Assembly (NCBI GenBank): GCA_964016885.1
Contig: OZ024740.1
Coordinates: 109,678,001 to 109,742,000 of the forward strand
Length of the DNA stretch: 64,000 nucleotides
Direction: 5' to 3'
Source: Eledone cirrhosa
Lineage: Eukaryota
Shown here: piece after piece, positions 52,795-64,000 of the stretch
Layout: every line of letters starts with the position of its first letter
Numbering within the stretch: position 1 is the first letter of the stretch
Made by a program: the position numbers and the translations under genes
Notes under the pieces: generated by a model
What the model was told of the DNA's origin: nothing
The model's input: only the letters and a program-made list of their open reading frames with translations
Databases searched by the model: none

Positions 52795-55700
52795 TCCCAT
52801 AAGAAGGGAAGTAACAGGAATAAAGGCAAGCATTCGGGTAGGACCCCACAATGAGGGGGTCTTATCGGAATGCCTTGCTAAAGAATCTCCCTGTACCTCT
52901 TGCCGTATCTGGCCACACTGAGAAGACTGCAGAATCTGCTACCCATGAAGTAATTGCCATTGGGGTACCAGAGGACAAGGCTGATCTTCAGGCATTTGCT
53001 GCCAGCTCAGCCAAAGACCTAGGCTGTGTTCCCCCAAAGGGTGCTCTCCGCCTTGGTCGACCTGGTCCAAAACCCAGACTCATCAGGCTGTCTTTTTCGG
53101 ACCCCACTGAGGCAATCTCATACCATCTGGCCTCTGTTAAAGCTGGGTGTGAAAATTGGATTACCTTCTGAACATGCCCAGGCCTACCACCCCATGCACG
53201 TCCAAAGCTCCGTGCTGCAGCTTCCTTGAATCGGAACTCAGCACAACATGAAAGTTTTAGTCTGCGTAATGATGGGCAGATCTGGAGGTTTGTTAAGGCT
53301 GGTGAAACGTGGAAGAGAGATACCAGCTGGTCTGAGTGTGCTCTACCCACAATAACTGGCAATGAAAAAACTGCTACAACTCTGGGAAACTAAACCAGAA
53401 CAACCTGCCACCCTCTACACACCATCATAAACTGCAAGCAGGGTACAAATTGTTGTCCTTAAATGCTCGCAGTTTATGCAACAAGATACATCTGTTTGAC
53501 TCCTACGTCAGAAGTATCGACCCTGACTTCATCACAGTCACGGAAACATGGGCACATTCCTTACTCTGTGATGGGGTTTTCAGCAAAGACCGCATTTATC
53601 GCCGTGGTGGTGGTGTGATGGTCTACGTTCGTTCAAACTTTTTGGTAATTCCTTGCGTTGATTTGAACGAATCACAGGAAGAAGTTTTTTTCTGTGACAT
53701 ACGTATGACCATGTCAACACTTCTGCTTGGTGTTGTTTATCGCCCCCCCCCCCAAAACTACCATCAGCGATATCCTCAGAGTTGCTCCCAAGAAAACAGC
53801 CACTTATGTGTTTATTGCAGGTGACTTCAATCATCCTGAGATCGATTGGGAAACCTTTCGTTGGCCACAAGGTGCAAACGATTTCCTTGAACTAGTGCTG
53901 GACTCAAACTGGTCACAAGTAGTCACCTCTCCAACAAGAGGTGACAACACTTTGGACCTGATCTTCACCACTACTCCTGAAGTGGTTATCAGTTGTACTA
54001 CTGAGGAACCTCTAGGCGACTCTGATCATGCTATGATCATTGCCAATCTGGCACTTGAGGGCAGCAACAAAAACCAGAGCCATCTCCAATCTGCTTGCTT
54101 TGATTGGAAGAAAGCAGATTGGAACTTGTACTGCACTGAGCTACAGCACCCAAACTGGCATGAGATGTATAACTCTGGAGATGTGAACACTATACTCCAG
54201 AGCATCCTGGACTCAATATGGATAGCGTGTGCAGCATCGGTGCCACGTAAGCAGAAAAAAAACCACCCCAAAAGTGCAATTTGGGAAACTTCAGCGGTCC
54301 GACTTGCCAGGAAAGAACGTTGGAACGCTGAACGGGAATATAAACTGCATAAATCAGATGCCAACAGTAAAAAGCGGAATAAATCTTCTAACCATCTCAA
54401 GCAAGTGACAAAGAAGGCAGTGCTTGAATTTGAACAGTGCATAGCAACCAATCCTGACAGTAAGGTGTTCTGGAAATATGTTCATTCAAAGCAGAGACCT
54501 CACTCTCCAGTTGGTCCTCTTCGCAATCCCCACACAAGCCAGATCACTGACGATCCCAAAGAATGCACAGAACTCATTGCTGAGTGCTATGCAAGTATTT
54601 TTACTGCTGAAAACCAGAATGTACCATCTCCACCATCTCTAACATCAAATTCCATAACAACTATGGAATTTACACCTGCAATGTTGCGACGTCACCTTAA
54701 GAATAAGCGCAACTATGCCTCCCCTGGTCTTGATGGTGTTACATACCTGCTTTTCAAACGTGGCGGGTATTTCCTTTTGCGCCAGCTTTCTTTCTTCTTT
54801 CAATACTGTCTCAACAATGGTGCTACTCCGGAGCAGTGGAAAACTGCCAGTATCATTCCCCTGTTCAAAAAGGTCAACCGCATGTCACCTGTCAACTATC
54901 GTCCAGTCAGTCTTACTAGCTGTATGGCCAAACTGATGGAATCCTGTGTCAGAGAAACACTTTGGAACTTCTGGAGCTCTCACAGTTTGGATTCATCCCC
55001 AACTCCAGCTGCTGTGATCAGCTTATCGAGTTCCTTGAAGACATCACCCGGATTACTGACAGCGGCTCATGGGCGGATGTTGTTTACCTTGACTTTGCTA
55101 AGGCTTTTAATTCTGTGCCACACAAAAGACTTATGGCAAAACTCTCTGCAATGGGTGTGAGGGATGATCTTTTTGACTGTTTGAAATCCTTCATTCTCAG
55201 ACGAAAAGAAGTAGTCACGGTTCTAGGACAGCATTCTTCACCATATGAGATGTCATCTGGTGTACCACAGGGATCTGTTCTTGGTCCCCTTTTGTTTGTG
55301 GCATATATTAATGACATAGATGCCAACTTACAGAATGCCACGGGTACTGAAATATGCAGATGACATCAAGCTGTACCTTGAAATCAAAAGGACTGATCCT
55401 GAAATCTACAACTCTTTCCTACAATCAGACCTGGACACAATGCAGCAATGGATCACAGACTGGCAACTGAAGCTGGCTGTGGACAAGTGTACCACCATGC
55501 ATTTTGGGAGGAAAAATCCAGTGTCCACATACTCCCTCCACAACACTGATATCAAGAAATCCTCTTGTGAACGTGACCTGGACATTACTGTCAGCAGTGA
55601 TTTGCGTTGGACAAAGCATGTCTCTAAGATTGTCAAGAAGGCCGAGGGTGTCTTGGCATCACTCAGCAAGACCTTTGTTAGCCGCTCTCCAGCCATCTAT

Positions 55701-56336
55701 TTAAAACTGTATACAGCTATGGTACGACCACACTTGGAATTCGCATCATCAGTCTGGAACCCCTATCTTGCTCAGAACATTGACCTCCTGGAAACTGTTC
55801 AGAGACGTGCAACCAAGCGCATACCCTCCATCAGACACCTATCATACTCTGAACGCCTTGCTTCCCTGGGCATGGATTCATTGAAGCTCCGACGTCTGGC
55901 AATGGACTTGGTAAATACCCACAAAGTTATTAACCATCTCACCAATTGCAACCCTGAGCACCTTTTTGATCTCCACGTGTCTAACACATGTGGACATGCC
56001 TACAAAATCAGAAAACAGCACAGCTCCCATGACTTTCGTAGACATTTTTTCACGCTCAGAGTTGCTGAAGCATGGAACAAACTGCCTGCATCAGTTGTTA
56101 GCTGCCGAGACACTGCATCCTTTAAGACACTCATGCTTCCCGAAATACGCCAAAACTACACCTGATGTACCCCTTCCATACACATGCACACATGTGTGTA
56201 TCATGACTCATGCACTGTTCATTTTCCTGATGTTTGTACATTACTCTATGTACTATACATACACTTTTTGATGAGTTGTAGTGCACCTGAGCACTACACA
56301 ATATTTCATTATTATTATTATCATTATTATTATTAT
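52795..56336 (+). mobile_element. Near full-length CR1-clade LINE (ORF1 remnant, APE endonuclease, RT, (ATT)n tail)
   Basis: ORF1-like 52851-53393 ends LGN* with one internal TGA. Endonuclease motifs: LNARSL, VTETW, GGGV, GDFN, LDLIF, SDH. RT motifs: PGLDG, NYRPVSLTS, YLDFAKAF, GVPQGSVLGPLLF, YADD, RPHLEF, WNKLP. Frameshifts near 53750, 54980 and 55343. Confidence 0.95.
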
Positions 56337-57069
56337 GGAGTGTACCTGTAATTCAAAGGGCCAGCCTTATAACACAATGTAGTATGTTGAATCTCTCTGA
56401 GTGTTACGTTAAGAGTACATGTGACAGTGGAATACTCACCCACTTACACGTTAATTTCATGTGTAGGCTGTTCCATTGATTGGAAAACTGGACCATTCAT
56501 AGTTGAAACTGATGGAGGTCCATCGAGCGTATGTACATGTGATGGCCCATAATTCTCACATGTATCCCACATTCATGTCAAATATATTCTTAAGTAATTT
56601 ACTACTCTGTGTGTGATGGTGGTGGTGGGTAATGGCCTAGAAAGCTCCCTTGCTGCTCACACTTTATAACTCCTGATGGAGATGTAGGGGCACTATTGTG
56701 TCATACAGTGTTTCTTGGTTATTTTAAAATCCTGGCAGAGCCAATTCTCTCTCCAGGTCTAAACACAGACTATTTCTTCCAGAGAGGGAGAGACAGTTAT
56801 ATAGAGATGTGAGAAAGGGATATAGAGGAAGAAACAACTTCAGTACTTGATTGATACTTTTTTTAAAATTATTTCTCCGAAAGGATGAAAGGCAAAGTTG
56901 ACCTCAGCGAGATTTAAACTCGGAGTGCAGAGAGCCAGAATGAATACCACAAATCATTCTATCTGTTGTTCTAACAACTCTACCAATTCGGCACCTCATG
57001 TTAATTTTATACTTCAGTTATAAATTAGCTTGTTAGTAAATATTGTGTTTTACTGTATTTACTAAATAT

Positions 57070-57290
57070 TTTGTTTTACGACCCATAATACACATTTGCT
57101 GTTAATAATGTTATAAAGTAGTTTACTACTGAATGGTGTGTTTTACGACTCATGATACACATTTGCTGTTAATAAGTTATAAAGTAGTTTATTACTACTA
57201 AATAGTGTGCTTTACGACCCTTAATACACATTTGCTGTTAATACATACTGTATCAGTTATAAAGTAGTTTATTACTAAATTGTGTGTATA
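57070..57290. repeat. ~70-bp tandem repeat, 3 copies
   Basis: tttacgacccataatacacatttgctgttaata...gttataaagtagttta at about 57076, 57143 and 57211. Confidence 0.85.
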
Positions 57291-57704
57291 TATGCGTAAT
57301 GGCCCATTATACACACTTGTCCACATGACGGAGGGTTCCAGAAGGCTGACATCCTAGGCATAAAGGATTTTTAATGATAGGAGCCAAAGTCATGTTATGA
57401 CAACCAACATGAAATGAAGCATCAACATAGCTTGCCCCCTAGTCCAGGAATTGAACTAACAACCTTATCATCATAAATCCAACACCTTAATCACTAGACC
57501 ACACACTTTCACAGGTTCTATGATACAAAAGTGTTTATTTTAAAGTGTTTATATTTATCTAAAAAGGATGGTAGAATGGCAGAATTGGTAGAGCATTGGA
57601 TAAAATGCCATTGTAGTATTTGTTTTGGCTCTCTACATTCTGAGCTTAAATCTCACCAAGGTTAACTTTATCTTTCATCCTTCCGGGGTCAATAAAATAA
57701 TGTA

Positions 57705-57872
57705 CCATATTTCCCAGCATCAAAGACACTACTTTAATCCTAAAATAAGTCTCAAAAATCTACCATGCATCCTGGAAGCCGAAGGTTCTATATTATTATT
57801 TTTTTAATTTTTTCTTGTCAAAATTAGGGTGCATCCTCGAGGACGAAGCGTCTTCGGCGCCGGGAAATATCA
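57705..57872. mobile_element. Tc2/pogo-type MITE inserted at TA inside a SINE
   Basis: TA|ccatatttcccagc ... cgccgggaaatatca|TA; the host SINE resumes as taccagttaagtactgg. Confidence 0.7.
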
Positions 57873-57887
57873 TACCAGTTAAGTACT

Positions 57888-58248
57888 GGCAACTGACTTG
57901 GTAGACATCCACAAATTTATTAGCCATCTTTCCAACAACAATCCTGAGCACCTTTTTGAATTCCATGTGTCTAACACCTGTGGACATGCTTACAAAATCA
58001 GAAAACAGTACAGCTACCATGACTTTCGGAAACATTTTTTCACGTTCAGAGTTGCTGAAGCATAGAACAAACTAGCTGTCGGGACATTGCATCATTCAAA
58101 ACTTCCATGCTTCCCGAAATTTGCCAACACTACACCTGAAATTCCCCCTCCATACACATGCACACATGTGTCTGTGTATATCATGACTCATACACTGTTC
58201 ACTTTCCTGACATTTTTACATTATTATACACAATAATTTTCATTATTA
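57888..58248 (+). mobile_element. CR1 3' fragment
   Basis: Homologous to 55897-56315. Confidence 0.9.
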
Positions 58249-58748
58249 ACTATGCTCTTCTCCAAATTTGCTGGCCTTGTGCCTAAATTATAAATCTATA
58301 TTTATCTAAAATACTTTCTTTATAATTTTATTTAAGTAACTTATTTAAATAACTTAATCATGAGAAAGTGGGTTACATTATTAAATCCCTTCAAATTAGC
58401 CATTATTTTTGAAATTGTCTGAAAACCAGTGTCTTTTATTAGAAATATGGTAATGGAAGGGTTAAACAGAAATACACAGCAAGGCCAAGGGTGCTGATTT
58501 ACAAATTGTCATCTCTCTAGATGTTAAACTAACAGCTTATTAACCCCTGGAGCACATAGAGAAGTTTTTCAAGAAAAGTCCTTGAACATTCTATTACATG
58601 TTCATATAAAATTCAGTAAATGAAAGAGAGAGAGATGGCGAAGGTGACAGGCAGATGTATTTCTATATATATATGTGTGTGAGTGTATGCATGGCATGTG
58701 TTTAATGTGTTTATATGTATGTATGCGTATACATGTTTGTACACACAC

Positions 58749-58783
<35 letters not shown>

Positions 58784-58960
58784 AAATTAACAAAGATCGG
58801 TGGTGTTAATTCAACAGTCTCTGGCCAGCTCACTCTATGTATTTGTTGTATTGCATATATATATACATACATACATATATATGTGTATATATATATATAT
58901 ATATATACATACATATATATGTATACGTGTGTGTGTATATATATATATATATACACATAC

Positions 58961-59007
<47 letters not shown>

Positions 59008-59011
59008 CATA

Positions 59012-59051
<40 letters not shown>

Positions 59052-59131
59052 CATATATATATATGTATATATACATATACATATACATATTTATATATAT
59101 ATATATATATACACATATACATATTTATATA

Positions 59132-59242
<111 letters not shown>

Positions 59243-59485
59243 TGTGGTGTGTGTAAAAGAAGCAGAGAGAACGAGAAAAGTAATAGAGGAAGTGAGAGTA
59301 TAAAACAGAGAGACAGACAGAAGGAGAGAGATAAAGAGTATGTAAGCGAAAGAGAGAATGTAGAAGAGATTGAGAGAAATATCTTCTGAGGACATTGGAT
59401 GTCATCTTGGTTTCTTTTGACAAATCACTACTTCATTCCTTTCCTCTTCTATACCTTGTAAGAGACTCTCCTCCCCTTCATCCTT

Positions 59486-60678
59486 CTACCATACCTTACA
59501 AGGACAACCACCACCACCACCACCACCACCACCACCACCAACTCCTGCAAGACCCACTGCCCCTAGCATAAAACCACAACCACCACTACCACCACCACCT
59601 CCACCACCACCATCTGCAAGACCCCCTCCCCCACCAACACCACCATAGCCACAAATACCATAAGCTCTACCATCACCCCCACCATTGACATCACCCACAC
59701 GACCACCACCATCTGCAAGACCCCCTCCCCCACCAACACCACCATAGCCACAAATACCATAAGCTCTACCATCACCCCCACCATTGCCATCACCCACACT
59801 ACCACCACCATCTGCAAGACCCCCTCCCCCACCACCATCTGCAAGACCCCCTCCCCCACCAACACCACCATAGCCACAAATACCATAAGCTCTACCATCA
59901 CCCCCACCATTGCCATCACCCACACTACCACCACCATCTGCAAGACCCCCTCCCCCACCACCATCTGCAAGACCCCCTCCCCCACCAACACCACCATAGC
60001 CACAAATACCATAAGCTCTACCATCACCCCCACCATTGCCATCACCCACACTACCACCACCATCTGCAAGACCCCCTCCCCCACCACCATCTGCAAGACC
60101 CCCTCCCCCACCAACACCACCATAGCCACAAATACCATAAGCTCTACCATCACCCCCACCATTGACATCACCCACACGACCACCACCATCTGCAAGACCC
60201 CCTCCCCCACCAACACCACCATAGCCACAAATACCATAAGCTCTACCATCACCCCCACCATTGCCATCACCCACACTACCACCACCATCTGCAAGACCCC
60301 CTCCCCCACCACCATCTGCAAGACCCCCTCCCCCACCAACACCACCATAGCCACAAATACCATAAGCTCTACCATCACCCCCACCATTGACATCACCCAC
60401 ACTACCACCACCATCTGCAAGACCCCCTCCCCCACCAACACCACCATAGCCACAAATACCATAAGCTCTACCATCACCCCCACCATTGACATCACCCACA
60501 CTACCACCACCATCTGCAAGACCCCCTCCCCCACCAACACCACCATAGCCACAAATACCATAAGCTCTACCATCACCCCCACCATTGACATCACCCACAC
60601 TACCACCACCATCTGCAAGACCCCCTCCCCCACCAACACCACCATAGCCACAAATACCATAAGCTCTACCATCACCAC
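59486..60678 (-). CDS. Candidate Gly/Tyr-rich repeat-protein terminal exon (or a non-coding minisatellite)
   Basis: Ten units of GGGDGRAYGICGYGGVGGGGGLADGGG(S/R)VGD(V/G)N (99 bp; four extended to 126 bp). Acceptor-like cattttgcag|G at 60679/60678; stop at 59488-59486. Confidence 0.3.
59605..60678. repeat. 99/126-bp GC-rich minisatellite, 10 units
   Basis: ccatagccacaaataccataagctctaccatc occurs 10 times, nearly invariant. Confidence 0.97.
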
Positions 60679-62069
60679 CTGCAAAATGATGACAATGATG
60701 AGCACAACCACTACCACCTCTGCCACCTCCTACAAGACCATCACCACACACACCTCTCCTCCTGCATGACCACCACAACTCTGACCATCTCCCAACCACC
60801 ACCACCACCACCTCTTCATCTAGTTGTAACAATATTTCACTATGCTGGTTTTAGAGAGAAGAAATCACCAGAAATTGGTTAACTTTGTTAATGGAAACAA
60901 GGTTTTGTTGTTGCTGCTATTGTTGTGTATGTGTGTGCATGCATGTGCAGCCTGCAGCAGTAGTGTCAATTGATTTGATTAGAGTAGAGACCCATGTAAT
61001 CGGTAGCACATACACACACATATTTTATATATACACTCACACTCATATAAATATATGCTTATATATATATATAAGTATGAAATTTTGTTTCATTTTTTCC
61101 TTTATATATATATATATACACGTATATATGTATATATATGCATGTAAGATGAAGGGAAGGAGTAGAGGAGTGTTGATAGAGAAATCTATTTTCTATAGCA
61201 TAAGCACTACTAAATATATTTCTGCTGACAACCAGTGTGTCTTGTCTTATTATGTATGATCTATATATTTATTCTAATTTTATATATTTATTATTCAGCA
61301 ATCTGTGTGTACATAGATACATGCCAACAAACAAATATATTAAACAGACTTTTTTTTAGATAAATATGCCTGTTTATTTTACTTACTCATTTATTGTATG
61401 TATTCTTGCCGAAATTGCTCTCCCGATTCTCTGCATGCATGGGTTAGAGGGGTTGTCACGTTTTGAGGCTAGACTAGTCAGGTGACCATGTCCTGCTTGT
61501 ACGTACAGTTTTTAGCATGTTTTCTATGGCTTCATGCCTTGACTGATGCCAACCACTTTACCGAGTGTACAGAGAGTATTTAATCGAGAATACAGCACTA
61601 CCACTTTACAGAGTAGGCTGGATGTATTTTTATCATGGCACAATTACTAGGGAGGCATTGACAGGAGTGGCGGGTATGATACTGTCAAGGGACAGGATGT
61701 GGCAGGTTATGGTGGTATATTGAGAGGCACCCCTGACTTTCCATACTGGTATGGGTTGTGCAAGGAAATGATGAGGTAGGGAGGAGTGGGAGAGGGAGCA
61801 CAATATGTATTGGGGTGGGAACATTTATTTTTCTTTTTGTGCTGGCATGTGATAGATGAAGGAAGTGGGAGTGGGGGGAAGTATGTGGTTGGAGTAGTAT
61901 TAGGAGAGGAGTGAGGGCAATAAGGTTAGGAAGGTTTACAGGAAGTTCAGGCATATCTTACTCTCTTTTTCTTGTGTTTCACCCATTTGGGTGGGGACAC
62001 AAGTTTTCTGCAGTACAACATACTTGCCTTCCCATATTTTCTGAAATATTTTTATGTAAAGAGGTTGGC

Positions 62070-62970
62070 ATTAATAATAATAATGAAATTATTGTGTACA
62101 GTGTTCAGGTGCATGTATAGTACATAGAATAATGTACAAATGTTAGGAAAATGAACAGTGTATGAGTCATGATATACATGTGTGCGTGTGTATGGAGGCA
62201 GAATATCATGTGTAGTGTTGGCAAATTTCGGGAAGCATGGAGGTTTTGAAGGATACAGTGTTCTGACAGCTAACAACCAATGTAGGTAGTTTTTTCCATG
62301 CTTCAGCAACTTTGAGCATGAAAAAATGTTTCCAAAAGTCATGGGAGATGTGCTGTTTTCTGACCTTGTAGGCATGCCCACGGGTGATAGACACATGGAA
62401 TTCTAAAAGGTGCTCAGGGTTGTTGTTGGCAAGATGGTTAATAATTTTGAGGATGTCTACCAAGTCAGTTGCCAGCTAGCCGTCGGAGCTTCAATATATG
62501 CATGACCAGGGAGCAAGGCGTTCAGAGTATGGTAGATGCCTGATGGAGGGTATTCACTTGGTTGCACGTCTCTGAACAGTTTCTAGGAGGTCAATGTTCT
62601 AAGCAAGATAGGGGTTCCAGATTGGTGATGCAAAGTGTGGCCACACCATAGCTATATACAGCTTTAAATAGATAGCTGGAGAGTGGCTGACAAATATCTT
62701 GCTGAATGATACCAAGACACCCTCGGCCTTCTTGACAATTTTAGAGATGTGCTTTGTCCAATGCAAATCACTGCTGACAGTAATATCAAGAAGACTTCTT
62801 GATATTAGTGTTCTGGAGGGAGTATGTGGATGCTGGGCTTTTCATCCAAAAATACATGGTGGTACACTTGTCCACAGTCAGCTTGAGTTGCCGGTCCGTG
62901 ATCCATTGCTGCATTCTGTCCATGTCTGATTGCAGGAAATATCTATAGTGTTCAGGATCTGTCTTTTAGT
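62070..62970 (-). mobile_element. Older CR1 3' fragment
   Basis: Reverse-complement homology to about 55385-56320; ORF 62206..62463 reads ...GHAYKVRKQH...FFMLKVAEAWKKLP. Confidence 0.92.
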
Positions 62971-64000
62971 ACATGACAAATTCTTTTTATGCCTACGACA
63001 AACTCTCTAGTGCTGGGGCCATGATAAAATGTATCCCAGTACGCCCTGTAAAGTGTTTGGAATTAGGAATAGCATCCATCCACAAAAGCAATGTTAAAAA
63101 AGCTTAGAGAGAATTTTCAGACATATGAAAGACATGACAACCTTTCTAGTGCTGGTACTATGATGAAATGCACTCAGTACGTTCTGAGAGGTGGTTGCAA
63201 TCAGGAAAGGAATCTAGCAAGAAGTCATGTCTAATCCACAGTAAACAAGACATGGTTCTCTGGCTTGTCTAGAGAGATTGGCTCTGATTAAGTATTAATT
63301 TGGTCTCTAACAACTTGTACAACTCATGCCAGCATGGGAAAAAATTGGATTTAAAACAATGATGATAAAAAATAATGGCTTTAAATTTAATCCTTTTATT
63401 ATAATTCTGAAAATATTCAATAATTTGAAAGGATTTAATAATATAACAGACATTCTCAATATCAAGCTCATGTTTGAAGCATAATTTAACAAAAGTTCTT
63501 ACATAAAATTATGATGGAAAGTTTTTAGAAATATATACACTTTAAAATACATAATTTAGTATCATGGAACCAGGGGTGGTATCTATCAGTTTGTTATCAA
63601 AAGGGTTAATCTCAGTTAATGAAGTAAATCCTGCACCAATTTCCTATTATCACTAAAAAAAAAATCTAAATGTGGCAACAATTGCTCAATTTCTATGAAA
63701 ACCATTTTCTGTTTTACTTTATAGTGATTATTTTTTAATTTTTTTGTGTGTGTGTTTGTTTATATTTTGTTTTGTTGTTATTGTTTTCTGCATATTTTAC
63801 TGAACTTTGGAAATATTTGTATACTTAGCTTATTAGCGGAGAGCAATTATATTGGAGATATATTATATTATTGCACTTTATGTAATGAGGAGATCGTTTA
63901 GTAAATAAGTAGACATTGTGAGAGTTGCTATGGATTTATTATGTATGGTGGAGGGTTGTGTCTGTATGTCTATGACTGTGTTCCTGCCTGAGTGGGTTTG

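Noticed and set aside
59563-60726. 387-aa Val/Met-rich hydrophobic ORF
   Set aside because: Alternative frame of the same GGT-rich array with an implausible composition; a shadow ORF.

Overview
AT-rich, microsatellite-dense metazoan genomic DNA. The repeat landscape of (TA)n-embedded RTE LINEs with (GAT)n tails and tRNA-derived SINEs resembles an octopus or other coleoid genome; this is inference, not proven. Almost everything recognisable is mobile DNA. Retroelements: several RTE LINE copies (one young, with a PHD finger in ORF2), a near full-length CR1-type LINE plus two 3' fragments, two Penelope-like element (PLE) remnants of probable Naiad type, and many SINEs. DNA elements: non-autonomous Helitrons and Tc1/mariner, piggyBac and hAT MITEs. 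There are also several minisatellites. Host-gene evidence is limited to a probable first coding exon at the left edge (minus strand) and a possible Gly/Tyr-rich repeat exon at 59.5-60.7 kb. The most unusual signal is a dense set of fold-back units and PLE pseudo-LTR-like fragments, most lodged in (TA)n tracts. Many carry complete, decayed or half type-I hammerhead ribozyme motifs, best at 45855-45914 and 30576-30629. A 58-copy 30-bp minisatellite born at the end of an RTE ORF stays open for 611 codons. All coordinates and identities were read by eye.
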